Shown: positions 6,641 to 17,190 of the stretch, one piece after another
Position numbering within the stretch: the stretch's first letter is position 1
How the letters are laid out: each line of letters begins with the position of its first letter
IMG/VR virus record: IMGVR_UViG_3300030330_002396
Location: 1-30,370 of that record
Origin: a virus
Taxonomy: Duplodnaviria; Caudoviricetes
Length of the DNA stretch: 30,370 nt
Reading direction: 5' to 3' (one strand)
The notes under the pieces: generated by a model
What the model saw: the letters and a program-made list of their open reading frames with translations, nothing else
What the model was told of the DNA's origin: nothing
Databases searched by the model: none
Made by a program: the position numbers and the translations under genes

Positions 6641-9600
6641 TCACAACTGATTGTGGGGCTAGTGATTCCAAGGCTCTCTTGAGCCTTATTTGATTCTCTA
6701 CGTTCTTGGTTAGGATGCCCTTGTCTTTTTGCTCCTGCAAAAACTCATTGATAAAACCAGGAGGCATCTTTTCAATTTGCGTTTCATAGAACCTAGCCCT
6801 GTTGCCGTTCTCGACACCAAGCTTTCTTATCCTCTTGTCAGATCTAGTAATTCCACGCTCCTTGTCTTGAATCATTTTTCTAACTCTGCGTTGAACCGAT
6901 TTATTAGATGCCGACAGTTCTGTTTGTAGGGCCATCTGTTTTTCAAAAGGATCGTCTATGCTTTGTAGCCTAGTGATTATATCAAAAGCTTCTTGGCTGT
7001 TTAGAGAGTTCTGGGTGTTTTGCTCATATTCAAACAACTTTAGATCGGGCTCTATACCGGTGCGTTGCTCAAAGCCATCTGCGTAAGTTGAACCAAAGAA
7101 CCTTCGGAAGATTGGAACATCGTTAGCTTTAATTTCTTCCCGATTAAAAAGTTTGCTGGTAACATCAAACAACCTAAGTGTTTCAGTTCCCGCACCACCA
7201 AAGCCAGTCTGAAACATATAGAGAAGTTTTTCTGGGGATACAGGAGCACCAAGATTTTCTAGTTCCTTGGACAGTTCAATTGCAATTTCACCACCAACAG
7301 TTTTTGCGGTCCAAGGATTCACCTTAGCATATGCCGCCATGTTCTGATCCATCAAATACTCAGGAACAATCTCTCTACCCAAACCATCCTTGTTCAATGA
7401 TGTGAGTTCTAAGATTCTCCTTGGTACAGTTGGTATTAAGCTGCCCCCAGTCGGGTTATATCCGTCTAGAATGCTTTGTCCTATACCCTTGATTATCTGA
7501 TCGGTTGAATCCAACCTTCCAGGCATAGCTGCCAGTTCCTCTGCATCTAGCAACCCTGCTGCGGCACCAGCCTTATAGCTTTGATTGTGCATAATTCGGG
7601 CAATGCCATTTGAAGCAGTCCATATTGGAGCAATCTCATGGGCCAATGGAAACTGGGAGTAAGACAAACTTCCATCCTCACCCTTGAATGGATTTAGCAC
7701 TACAAGATTCTTATTCAGTCTCCACTCGCTCTTGTCAGGGCCACCTTTCACTTTGTTTCTCCAGTCTGGATCGATAATAGAGTTGTATGTTTCAATGAGC
7801 ACAGCGGTTCCAAGTGTTGCGGCCAACACTGGCTTAAACACCTTGGGGTCTTTTAGACTCCTCCAAAAGTTCTTGGTCGATTGGATACTAGGATTAGAGA
7901 ACAAGTATAAAGCTCTAAGTTGCTCGCCGCGAGTTCCCTTTTGTTTTGGATCAAAACTAGCATTCCGAGCTGCCATAGCCGCATCTTTCCCGCTCTTTCC
8001 TGCTTTAATATTTGCTCGGTAAACGCTGAATCTGGTTGAGTCTTCAACCATTTCATTAGCCTTCCTTACAAAATTGTTAAAAGCAGCAACTCGTTTCTTA
8101 GTGGTGTTCTTATTAGAGAAGTCAAAATCCTTAACGTCTTTTTGTATTTGTCTAAGGGTGTCTGTAGCTATACCTCCAGCCGATCCTCCGTCAGCAACAA
8201 ACCTTTCATACAAAGCACCTAATCGTTTCTCTTCACCCTGAAGAGGTTGACCAAAAAGTTTTTTCCTTATTACGTTTATTTCTTGATACGTTCCTCTGGG
8301 GTTCAGCACAGATGTTAAAGCCGATGAATCCAAGTTTCTATATGTATTCAAAGCACTAACAACACGGTCACGCATAAGGTTGGGCAAGAGGAATGAAGGA
8401 TTGTACCCAGTATATATAGCACCAAGATATTTATTTATGGCATAAGAGGCTTTCATCAAGCTACCCATGTCGTTCTTACTCACTCCCCGAACAGCAGACC
8501 CAAGTTCTGGGGCCACCCCATCGCTAAAATCTAAATAATATTTAATAGATGGTTCCTTTACCTTTTTCCCATCAATTGTCTTTGTAATTGTGTACGGCTT
8601 TGAAGGATCAAATACGGTTATTACTGGGGCATCTTTTTTGAAAAAACGACCAGAAGCTGTTTCTTTCCTTACTTTAACAATTTCACTAGCTCTTTCTTTG
8701 TTGGCCGGATCTTCCAAAAGTCTTTTGAAAACCAAGTTGGATTTATTGGCTTCAGCTAGCTTTATTGCCTCTATATTGGCCGTAACCAAGTTTTTTGTAA
8801 TAGAAGCTTCAAGATCCACACTTCCCTTAACCTCTTTTAGTGTGCTTGGTTTGAATACTGCCCTACTAAAGAAAAAGTTCTCTGCTTGATTTGGATCTAA
8901 AGAATCATCAATCAATCTCTGCAAGGGAACGTAGTCTGGGTTTTTCTTAAACTGATCGTATGCAGTTTGATTTATTATTTTACCGTCATACAGTGTATCC
9001 GCTATGTCGGATGAAAGTTTTTGAGCCTGCTTTACAGCACTAGATGCAAAAGGAAGAATATTGGCATCAAATTCCTTTACTATTTTCTTGGCATTTTTAT
9101 TTGTCATTTCATTACCAAGAACGCTAATACCAGCACCACCATCCGTTTTAACTCTTTTGTTGTAGGTTGGAGCGTATTTGGCGTGTAAATACTCATCTAT
9201 CCTATTGCTAAGAAGCGTGGGAGGTATGTTTCCTTCTGTAGATGCCTTCCTTATAGAATCTGTATATCCTTGGAACTCGGAATCCAGTTTATTCATCCTT
9301 CTTTCAGCTATTGGCCTAGACAAACGTAATGCTCTGTAAGCATCTGTTCCCTCTTCCAAAACCTCTCCTGCTTTCCCCACAACATCTGGTTCAACTTTTA
9401 GCCTTCCCGTTCCAGCGTATATACCGCCACTGGACTGATCCTGTTCTTGCAAGAGTCTAATCAAATCGTCATCAAATTGCTCTCGGCGATTTAATATTTC
9501 CTGCTGCATCTTTTGGTTCGTTTGTTCTGCATTGCGGAAGGCAGAAGATTCAGCAGCATTGGCTAGGTCTACAGCATCTGGGTCTTTTTTGCGTAACGCA

Positions 9601-10250
9601 TCCATCATGCGTTCAGGTCTGCGGCCAGCAAACTTCTCGTAGCTTTTGGCAAATCTTTCTGCTGTCATACCAAAACCAGCACCAAGAACAGAGGATGTTA
9701 GTCCTGCTTTGGCAAGTTCAGACAAAGTGGGTAAGGTTCCCTGTTCTATAACGGATTCAACGGTAGTTGCTCCGGTTCCAATGGCTCCACCCAAAGCTGC
9801 GTGTTGGGCTGTTCTCGTAGCTAAGCTAGCACCCTTTCCAATGCCCCCAAATGGGATAAGGTTAATAAGAGTGTCGGCAACCATTTCTCCTTGGGACAAA
9901 TCCTGACCTGGGCGAGAAACTTTTTGCCTCAAATAAGATCCACTAAGACCCCCAGAAATGGCTCCTACCAAATATCCTATGCCTCCGCCTACGGCCATGC
10001 CCAACGGGCCACCTGCGGCCCCTATTGTGGCTCCTGCGGCGGCTCCTCCTAGCTTGGCACCTTCACCAACGGCTATTTCACCAGCAATCCCAAGGCCAGT
10101 TCTAGCAATAGAACCACCACTTCGGGGGGCAGCAGCTTGAGCTGCGGCATCTTCCCGAGCTAGTTGAATAATTTCTTCTTCGGTCGCATCTTCCGAATGT
10201 TCAACCCGAACAGACTGACCAGACTTTAGGTTGACGGTAGTAAAAGGCAT
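6630..10250 (-). CDS. Large internal virion (ejection) protein with an LPD38-like C-terminal region
   Basis: 1206 aa, last large late gene; Gly/Ala-rich hydrophobic N-terminal segment; ANEMVEDSTRFSVY...AAMAARNASFD...LYLFSNPSIQS resembles large polyvalent/gp16-like proteins. Confidence 0.7.
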   Translation of the reverse strand: MPFTTVNLKSGQSVRVEHSEDATEEEIIQLAREDAAAQAAAPRSGGSIARTGLGIAGEIAVGEGAKLGGAAAGATIGAAGGPLGMAVGGGIGYLVGAISGGLSGSYLRQKVSRPGQDLSQGEMVADTLINLIPFGGIGKGASLATRTAQHAALGGAIGTGATTVESVIEQGTLPTLSELAKAGLTSSVLGAGFGMTAERFAKSYEKFAGRRPERMMDALRKKDPDAVDLANAAESSAFRNAEQTNQKMQQEILNRREQFDDDLIRLLQEQDQSSGGIYAGTGRLKVEPDVVGKAGEVLEEGTDAYRALRLSRPIAERRMNKLDSEFQGYTDSIRKASTEGNIPPTLLSNRIDEYLHAKYAPTYNKRVKTDGGAGISVLGNEMTNKNAKKIVKEFDANILPFASSAVKQAQKLSSDIADTLYDGKIINQTAYDQFKKNPDYVPLQRLIDDSLDPNQAENFFFSRAVFKPSTLKEVKGSVDLEASITKNLVTANIEAIKLAEANKSNLVFKRLLEDPANKERASEIVKVRKETASGRFFKKDAPVITVFDPSKPYTITKTIDGKKVKEPSIKYYLDFSDGVAPELGSAVRGVSKNDMGSLMKASYAINKYLGAIYTGYNPSFLLPNLMRDRVVSALNTYRNLDSSALTSVLNPRGTYQEINVIRKKLFGQPLQGEEKRLGALYERFVADGGSAGGIATDTLRQIQKDVKDFDFSNKNTTKKRVAAFNNFVRKANEMVEDSTRFSVYRANIKAGKSGKDAAMAARNASFDPKQKGTRGEQLRALYLFSNPSIQSTKNFWRSLKDPKVFKPVLAATLGTAVLIETYNSIIDPDWRNKVKGGPDKSEWRLNKNLVVLNPFKGEDGSLSYSQFPLAHEIAPIWTASNGIARIMHNQSYKAGAAAGLLDAEELAAMPGRLDSTDQIIKGIGQSILDGYNPTGGSLIPTVPRRILELTSLNKDGLGREIVPEYLMDQNMAAYAKVNPWTAKTVGGEIAIELSKELENLGAPVSPEKLLYMFQTGFGGAGTETLRLFDVTSKLFNREEIKANDVPIFRRFFGSTYADGFEQRTGIEPDLKLFEYEQNTQNSLNSQEAFDIITRLQSIDDPFEKQMALQTELSASNKSVQRRVRKMIQDKERGITRSDKRIRKLGVENGNRARFYETQIEKMPPGFINEFLQEQKDKGILTKNVENQIRLKRALESLAPQSVVNEN

Positions 10251-11557
10251 TAGTTTTGTGAAGCTGGCTCATTAATCACTTTCTCTGCAGTATTGCGAGA
10301 ACCAATTCTTTCCAAAATAGATGCTAATCTTTTGGTAGTTGGATCACCTGCCCAAGGAACTAAATTAGCCCAAAACCCAGGTTTCATTCTATCATCAACA
10401 ATGACTTGCAAAGCAACAGGAGCACCAAGTTCAGAAACCCGACCCATGTAAGCGGCTGACGGACCAATGTATTTTTTTTGGTAGCGATCATTCGGTTTAG
10501 AATACTCCTTGCCCTCTATCTTCTTTCTAATTTCTTCATAAATATTTCGGTTTATCTGGGCAAGGTTTGCGTCAGTCTGATTAGCCCTTGTTCCCTCCAT
10601 TCCCATATCTTCAAATGTTAAACCACCATTGGCTGCTATCAGCATTGTGTGATATTCTGCCTCCGTTATTCTGTTAGAAAGATTTTGGGGCAAAGCTGGA
10701 ATTGCTTCATTGTTATCACGTCTGTAGTTTAAGTCTTTCATAGACATAAGAGTATCTGACAAATCGGGAAGAGTTGTTCCAAGTGCGTCAAACCTACTTG
10801 CATACTCTCTGTGAATTTTTTTTCTTTCTTCCTTATCAAAGCTATTTCCAATCCTTTCCCGATATTCAGTGTAAGCTGCCAAATCTTTTTTTATTTTTCT
10901 TTCTAAAAGGTTGTCTTCAAGATCGTTAATTAGAGTAAACTTTGCTTTTTGTTGATCCAAAGAAAGAGTGTTTAAACCCTCTTGTAATTGTAGCTTTGCT
11001 GAATTTAAAACATTTTGTTGATACTCGTATGACTCATTGGCGAGATCGTTTAGATACTCATCCCTTGTCTTTGTATTCTCAAAGTCCTTATCCATGACAT
11101 TGAGTTTAAACCTTCTATCTTTTTCGTTTTCACTCGCCGTGAATGACTGAGCTTGTGCTCTCTTTTTTTCGTCAAGATCGTAACCATGTTGGTTGATGGT
11201 GGTAGCCTGATCTATCTGATTCCTAGTTTCGGCCCTTCCAATCAAAGCTGGACCAAGATAGGATTTTTCCAAAGATTCTAGTGCATTTAAATCAGGACCA
11301 GCAGACTCAATAAGAGACTTAACAGAGCCTGGATCTAAATTAAGAGCTTTAGCCGTAGCATCAGCAGAAGCCATAAGAACATCATACTTCCTCCTCCCCT
11401 TCTTATTGTATTCTACATCTTCCATTACACCAGCAACAGACTGACCAAGATTTTGGTACATCTGTCCCGTTGCCGCTCCAGCTTGTGAGAGTGCCTGTAT
11501 TGCCGCAGGGCTTACGGCCCCCAACCGGGGATCAACTGTGCTACCTAATATTGCCAT
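10250..11557 (-). CDS. Putative internal virion protein
   Basis: 435 aa, helical/coiled-coil; N-terminal AGAATGQMYQNLGQSVAG typical of ejection proteins; TAATG coupling to the next gene. Confidence 0.6.
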   Translation of the reverse strand: MAILGSTVDPRLGAVSPAAIQALSQAGAATGQMYQNLGQSVAGVMEDVEYNKKGRRKYDVLMASADATAKALNLDPGSVKSLIESAGPDLNALESLEKSYLGPALIGRAETRNQIDQATTINQHGYDLDEKKRAQAQSFTASENEKDRRFKLNVMDKDFENTKTRDEYLNDLANESYEYQQNVLNSAKLQLQEGLNTLSLDQQKAKFTLINDLEDNLLERKIKKDLAAYTEYRERIGNSFDKEERKKIHREYASRFDALGTTLPDLSDTLMSMKDLNYRRDNNEAIPALPQNLSNRITEAEYHTMLIAANGGLTFEDMGMEGTRANQTDANLAQINRNIYEEIRKKIEGKEYSKPNDRYQKKYIGPSAAYMGRVSELGAPVALQVIVDDRMKPGFWANLVPWAGDPTTKRLASILERIGSRNTAEKVINEPASQN

Positions 11558-11569
11558 AATTTTCCCTAT

Positions 11570-14266
11570 CTATTTGTAATGCTTCTTTACTATTGAGGTC
11601 ATCCACTTTCGGATGAAAGACTTAATAAATGGTTTGTTGCTAATAAACTCAGCAAACCGCTCACCATGCTTGATGTAAATTTTGCGGAACCAAGAAGGAG
11701 CTTCATCCAGAAGCCAACCTCTGAACAATAACCACATTGGATTGTTTTGTCCATAAACCTCTCTAGCTACCCAACAACCAAATAAACTACCAATGCCTTG
11801 GAATAATCCAGCTCTGGTCTGAGCCGTTCCAGCCATTGATCCAGCATCAAGAGCTGTCTGATTAGCTTGTTGCTGTAGGGCTAGGTTGACACCTAACATT
11901 GGATCGGTTGCTTGTGGTGTGGTGCCATACATTGCTTGTTGCTGACCCATGCCAAGAACTTGCAGTCCTTCAGCTTGAGAAGCAGGGCGACCAAAGAACG
12001 CTCCAATGTCTGGACCAAGGGCTCGCTGCATTCCAAATGCTTGCTGTAAACGCCTGTCATCTTGTCCGGCCAATGCTTGCTGTTGGGCAAATTGCTGTTG
12101 TTCAAGACCAGCCTGTTGGCCAAATAAACTAGCCAAGGCCGCATCCCTCTGAGCTTGTTGTTGAAACTGTTGCTGCTCAAGAGCAGTTTGTTGTGCAAAT
12201 TCTTGTCCAGCAAGCCCGGCTTCTGCACCCGCAAAGGCTGCTTGTTGACCAGCAAGACCTGCTTGTTGCCCTATAACCTGAGCTCGCATTGCATCCTGTT
12301 GAGCCTGCTGCTGTGCAAAACGAGCTGCCTCTTGTGCTCCAACACCAAACTCCCGAAGCTGCTGTTGTCTTCCAGCCATTTCTGAAGCAAAACCAGCTTG
12401 AGCAATGTCTTGGGCCAGTCCGGTTCCTTGTAGCTGTTGAGCCAAGCGAGCCCGCTCTAGTCCACCAGCAGCCTGCAAAGCTTGCTGCTGCAAGCCAGCT
12501 TGCTGGGCCTGTAAACCAGCGGCGGTGCCGGTTGCACCAACGCCCATTTGTTGCATGGCCCTCTGTTCAGCCAAACGCTGTTGAGCCAATGCCTCGGTTT
12601 GTCCCGCAAACTGACCGCCCATGCCCATGCGTTGCAATTCTTCTGCTGTACGCGCTTGCTGCATGGCTTGTTGCTGACCAAGAAGCTGCTGTGCAGCCAT
12701 AAGGTCTTGGGCTTCATCAGCTCTGCGAGCCTCAGACAATCTACCAGCAACACCAGCCGCAGTAGAAGTGTCCCTAACCCTGCCTTGACGTTGACCCAAC
12801 GCAAGGGCTTCCTGCTCTATTTGTCTTTGCTGTGTGGGAGAAAGTGTTCCTGCACTTTCAATTAAACCACCAATACGTTGCTGAAGAGCCTGTTCTTCCG
12901 GAGAAGCTCCAGCAGCTTGAAATCCTAGTTGCTGTAAAGCCTGCTGTTGTAACGCTTGCTCCACCGGAGAAGCTGCACGTTGATCAGCACCTAAAGCTTG
13001 CTGTCCAAACTGACCAAGAGCTTGAGCCTCTGCTGAGGCTGGCCTTGCAGCGGCTTCAAGCAAACGCTGTTCTGCTGCACCAGCTTGTGGTCCTGACAAC
13101 AGGTTTTGAATTTGACTAGCAACAGTTTGCTGATCGGCTGTCTGCCCCATTGCAGGTTGACCAATAAGATTTGCAGCTTCTGCTCTGGCCTGTCTTCCAA
13201 GTTCTCCACCGGGGACTCTCTGACCTACTGTTTGAGCTAAATTTCCAAGTGCTTGTTGAGCTGCACCAAGATCGGCTCCAGCAGCCTGAAGACCCTCCCT
13301 TGCTGCACCAACTCCAGTCTGTGCCTGTGTAGTGGGATCTCCACGTTGAGCTAAAGTGGTAGCAAGAGTTCTAAAGCTTTCCTGTGCTTCTGAAGGGCTT
13401 TGAGTGCTTATCTGCTCTGCTCTTCGCGTCGCTAGGTCTGCAAGGTTTTGGGAAGCTGGATCAGATTTTCTGTATAGATCTACAAGTTCGGGAGCCAGTT
13501 GGCTTATTGTGTCAAACTCTCCCTTAGCCGCAGCGTCTTTTAATCTTCTGCCTACCTTGGCTTGGCTTTCAACTGCCCTTCTGGACAGTTCAATAATTCC
13601 GGGATTTTCTTTTAAAACTTTATCGGCAGCGATATCAAAATTGGTCTGCAATTTTGCAATCGCATCATCGCTCAAATCTCCGCTTTCTTTTAACGCCTGA
13701 AGTTCTGACGCAAGATTTTCAACCTCTCTGGCGTTCCTTTCTTTTTGTTTTGCACCAAAACGCTCTTGTCTTCGTTCTGGTGTAAATCCTTTACCAACAT
13801 TACCAGTTCCATGAAAGTCGGGTACATCTTCACCAAGCTCTACACTTACGGTTTGTAAAGCTTTTTTGAGCTTCTCGTTCTCACTATCACTAGCAAGTGC
13901 ATCTGTGTACTCATCTTTCAGATTACGCAAACGTGCTAGTTCTGCACTATCATCATAAGTGTCACCCTTACTAGAAAGCCTATCAATGTCACCTTGTATT
14001 CTTGCTTCGGCAGAACGTCTTTCTTGTTCTGCTCGTTCAAGGTTTTGTTGAGCCCTATCTCTAGCCTCAGAAGTTGCCCTAGTAACGCCACCCAGCAAAG
14101 CTGTTTGAGCATCATCCAAAGCAAGCTGCTGCATTGCCGGACGGATTATACTTTCAGCAGCAATGATGTCTGGAGCTGCTTCCACGTAAGACCTAGAAGT
14201 GTCCTTTATTTGTTGAGCTACATCTATTGGCTGAACTTGTGGTGCGTCTATTCTTGTGCTACCCAT
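11570..14266 (-). CDS. Gln/Ala-rich internal virion protein with a C-terminal CWVAREVYG domain
   Basis: 898 aa; long Q/A/G-rich helical region; GAGGA upstream of the start; position matches the first ejection protein. Confidence 0.65.
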   Translation of the reverse strand: MGSTRIDAPQVQPIDVAQQIKDTSRSYVEAAPDIIAAESIIRPAMQQLALDDAQTALLGGVTRATSEARDRAQQNLERAEQERRSAEARIQGDIDRLSSKGDTYDDSAELARLRNLKDEYTDALASDSENEKLKKALQTVSVELGEDVPDFHGTGNVGKGFTPERRQERFGAKQKERNAREVENLASELQALKESGDLSDDAIAKLQTNFDIAADKVLKENPGIIELSRRAVESQAKVGRRLKDAAAKGEFDTISQLAPELVDLYRKSDPASQNLADLATRRAEQISTQSPSEAQESFRTLATTLAQRGDPTTQAQTGVGAAREGLQAAGADLGAAQQALGNLAQTVGQRVPGGELGRQARAEAANLIGQPAMGQTADQQTVASQIQNLLSGPQAGAAEQRLLEAAARPASAEAQALGQFGQQALGADQRAASPVEQALQQQALQQLGFQAAGASPEEQALQQRIGGLIESAGTLSPTQQRQIEQEALALGQRQGRVRDTSTAAGVAGRLSEARRADEAQDLMAAQQLLGQQQAMQQARTAEELQRMGMGGQFAGQTEALAQQRLAEQRAMQQMGVGATGTAAGLQAQQAGLQQQALQAAGGLERARLAQQLQGTGLAQDIAQAGFASEMAGRQQQLREFGVGAQEAARFAQQQAQQDAMRAQVIGQQAGLAGQQAAFAGAEAGLAGQEFAQQTALEQQQFQQQAQRDAALASLFGQQAGLEQQQFAQQQALAGQDDRRLQQAFGMQRALGPDIGAFFGRPASQAEGLQVLGMGQQQAMYGTTPQATDPMLGVNLALQQQANQTALDAGSMAGTAQTRAGLFQGIGSLFGCWVAREVYGQNNPMWLLFRGWLLDEAPSWFRKIYIKHGERFAEFISNKPFIKSFIRKWMTSIVKKHYK

Positions 14267-14278
14267 ATCTCTTCCTCT

Positions 14279-14629
14279 TTAAAAATCCCTGTAGTACATT
14301 ACCCCTTCCCACATCTTCTTGTTTCCAAGACGTTCCATGTTGGGAAAAAAATTGCTGCCCTTATCACACATTATGAAAGCCCGGTGAACGCCGTTTGAAG
14401 CATACTCGCTCTCCAGTTTTTTGATAGCCCGAACACTGTCCAAAGCCTTTGCCTTCTTGCTATCCATCCACCACCAAACAAGCGGAGCAGCTCCAACACT
14501 GGCAGAGCCAATGATGTCGCCATCCTTACGGATGATGTGGGTTGGCATGACAACACTGTGGTTATCAGCTAACATACGCTCTGACAAACGTGGCAAAGAT
14601 CTTTCGGTAACGTGTGAAATGCTTATCAT
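14279..14629 (-). CDS. Hypothetical protein, possibly GNAT-like virion assembly factor
   Basis: THIIRKDGDIIGSASVG and MERLGNK resemble GNAT strand/helix motifs; sits just before the ejection genes, like T7 gp13. Confidence 0.5.
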   Translation of the reverse strand: MISISHVTERSLPRLSERMLADNHSVVMPTHIIRKDGDIIGSASVGAAPLVWWWMDSKKAKALDSVRAIKKLESEYASNGVHRAFIMCDKGSNFFPNMERLGNKKMWEGVMYYRDF

Positions 14630-17190
14630 TCTTCTTCTGTGTCTGGTTCTAAAATTAGTGGCTCAACAACAACCTTACCGTTTTCATCAGTCCACTCGGT
14701 GTCATACATATGTTGGTCTTGACGTTCACCAACAACCATCCAGCTAATGGAATCTGTGCAGGTGTTGTCTTGGGCTTCAATGGTAAGGATGTTTCCGTCA
14801 ACGCTAGAGCGTACAGCCGTCCATCCAGACTCGTTAGTAGTAAAGCTTTGTACATCACGACAAAGTAGAACAAATGTTCCATCTGTCATATCTGATGCTA
14901 AGTCTATGTTTACTGATGCAAGACCATCAACCAAGTCAACACGGCCCCTGTAGATCAAGTCAGCTTGTGGACTTTCCAAAAATGAATGAACTAGGTTATG
15001 GGTGTCTTTCTTAGATTCTAGTGGATGAGCAATTTTAAATGAACCAGATCCCTTGGACACAGTGCTAAAAATAGCTCCACCAGAGGAGTTGATTGATGCA
15101 ACTTCACCGCTACTGTTCTCAAACTTAATAAAGTCGTTGGTACTAGTTCCACCGCCATTGCGTAAAAACGTCATAGTGGGACAGAGAGAGCTATCCTCGT
15201 CGTTGACTAAAATGCTTCCTGAACCGCCACCCTTTACACGAAACTCGCCTGATACATCAAGAGAGTGACCAGGAACCGTGGTGCCAATGCCCAACCTAGA
15301 CGCTCCACCAAGAATTAAATCATCCGTGGACTCATCCCATAGCATATAAGAACCACTGGTTGCCCCGAAAAACTTAACATCATGACCAGTATCATCTACG
15401 CCTACAGTGACTGTGCCATCAATCTGAACATTGCCGTCAATATCTACGGCGTCAAGATTGGTAGTGCCATCTATGTCTATGTTACCAGATATATCTAAAG
15501 AACCAAATGAACCAACACCTGTAGTGGTTATTGCAGAAGAACCATTGTCAATAGAACCAAACCCAGAAGTTATTGATCCAGAATTTAGTGCTCCTGTTGT
15601 AACTATATCAGAACCACCTGCAAGTGGGCTAAAAATAGAGCCTATTGCAGTGCCACCAATAGTAATTGCATCAGCTTCAAGAGTGCCATCAAAGTCTCCA
15701 TCTACAGCATCAATGTTGCCCTTAAAAATTGTTGCACTAACTGTTCCCGTACTTGGATTATATGCAAAATTGCCATCCATTTCCAAACCAACATTGCCTG
15801 TGCTTGAGGTTGCACCCTCGACAAAAGTAATTAGGTTTTCCTCGTTAGTGCTTTCATTATCAGTTACTAAAACATGAGCAGAGTTTGTTGCGTTTGTAAC
15901 TGTTGTTCCTGCAATAACTGTAGCCAAAGCCGTACCATCAACTGTTATTGCATCTGCCTCTAATGTTCCATCTATGTCTGCGTCACCCGATATGTCTAGT
16001 GAGCCACCATCTATTTCTCCAGATGCTGTAATTGCATTATCTTTTATAAGAACTCCATCAATGGTTACACCAGATCCAGAAGTAGTTTCTGCAATGGTGT
16101 TAGTGGTTATCGACTGACCATTACTAACAACAATGTTTGTAGATCCAGTGGTGTTGCCGTTGGCAAGAACCTCAGCCAAAGTATCAGACGTTCCAACTTG
16201 AGCGTCCACATAAGCAGTGGTAGCTACCTTAGTTGAGTTGTCACCAGCACTTTGAGTAGTTGCAGTTACGCCATTAGCTAAAATACCCGAGAGTGTTGTA
16301 GCTGTAAGAAGTCCAGAACTTGAGTTGAATGTCAGGTTTGATCCACTCTTGGGTCCGAGGCTACCAGTAGCGGCAGTAGCAAACAGTGGAAAACAAGTTG
16401 TGTCTGAAGACTCGTCAGCTACAGTCACTGCACTAACCGTAGCAGCACCTCCAGCAGCTATAGCAACAGCGCCACTTACATTACCAAAAATTTGATCCTC
16501 TAGGTTAGAAAAAGTAATTTTACCATTACCGCTATCAGTGTTATCCACCATAGCGACAAAATCATCTTGAGCTATGCTTGTCTCTGTGGCCAGCTCGTTT
16601 AGGTCTAAGGATACAGTAAGTGTTTGACTGCTAGCTGTAGTATCTAGGCCAGTTGCACCAGCAATAGTAAATGTCTGACTATCTAAGTCTACTGATCCAG
16701 TCCCACTGTCCCCAGCAAAGTCTAGGTCTTCAGCAGTAATCTGAGTGTCAACATACGCTTTGATGCTCTGCTGAGTAGCAAGAGACGTAGCAGAGTCAGA
16801 AGACATATTATCCTCATCCAATATTGCCACTTCAGCAGGAGCAGCCGCTCCACCAGAAACATTACCAAGAACCTTGTAGTCTGCTAGATTTTCTATCTTT
16901 GCCTTTGTTACATTGCTGTCTGCAATAAGAGAGGTGGTAATGTTAGCAGCAGCAATCTTAGCGGTAGTCACATTACTACCTGCAATTTTAGCGGTGGTTA
17001 CTGAACTTGCCGCAAGCTTACCAGCGCTAATACCAAGATCCTTTACAATTATTGCGCCACTAGAAAGCTGGGTCGTTGAGTCATCAACTGCCCCAGATGC
17101 AAATGTTGCACTATCTACAAGTGCATTAAGGTTGGTGGACGTTACTTGATCGCCGTCTGAATATGTAGTTCCTTTGCTTAAAATAGCCAT
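14626..17190 (-). CDS. Tail fibre / receptor-binding protein
   Basis: 854 aa, T/S/G/D-rich; VTTAKIA repeats, NSTKVATTAYV, RLGIGTT.P...LDVSG, C-terminal GSFKIAHP...LVH...ESP...YRG domain. Confidence 0.85.
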   Translation of the reverse strand: MAILSKGTTYSDGDQVTSTNLNALVDSATFASGAVDDSTTQLSSGAIIVKDLGISAGKLAASSVTTAKIAGSNVTTAKIAAANITTSLIADSNVTKAKIENLADYKVLGNVSGGAAAPAEVAILDEDNMSSDSATSLATQQSIKAYVDTQITAEDLDFAGDSGTGSVDLDSQTFTIAGATGLDTTASSQTLTVSLDLNELATETSIAQDDFVAMVDNTDSGNGKITFSNLEDQIFGNVSGAVAIAAGGAATVSAVTVADESSDTTCFPLFATAATGSLGPKSGSNLTFNSSSGLLTATTLSGILANGVTATTQSAGDNSTKVATTAYVDAQVGTSDTLAEVLANGNTTGSTNIVVSNGQSITTNTIAETTSGSGVTIDGVLIKDNAITASGEIDGGSLDISGDADIDGTLEADAITVDGTALATVIAGTTVTNATNSAHVLVTDNESTNEENLITFVEGATSSTGNVGLEMDGNFAYNPSTGTVSATIFKGNIDAVDGDFDGTLEADAITIGGTAIGSIFSPLAGGSDIVTTGALNSGSITSGFGSIDNGSSAITTTGVGSFGSLDISGNIDIDGTTNLDAVDIDGNVQIDGTVTVGVDDTGHDVKFFGATSGSYMLWDESTDDLILGGASRLGIGTTVPGHSLDVSGEFRVKGGGSGSILVNDEDSSLCPTMTFLRNGGGTSTNDFIKFENSSGEVASINSSGGAIFSTVSKGSGSFKIAHPLESKKDTHNLVHSFLESPQADLIYRGRVDLVDGLASVNIDLASDMTDGTFVLLCRDVQSFTTNESGWTAVRSSVDGNILTIEAQDNTCTDSISWMVVGERQDQHMYDTEWTDENGKVVVEPLILEPDTEEE

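Noticed and set aside
11893-13209. Many overlapping shadow ORFs and apparent CAG/CAA repeats
   Set aside because: Explained by the Gln/Ala codon bias of the 898-aa gene; no fixed-period nucleotide repeat or CRISPR-like spacing
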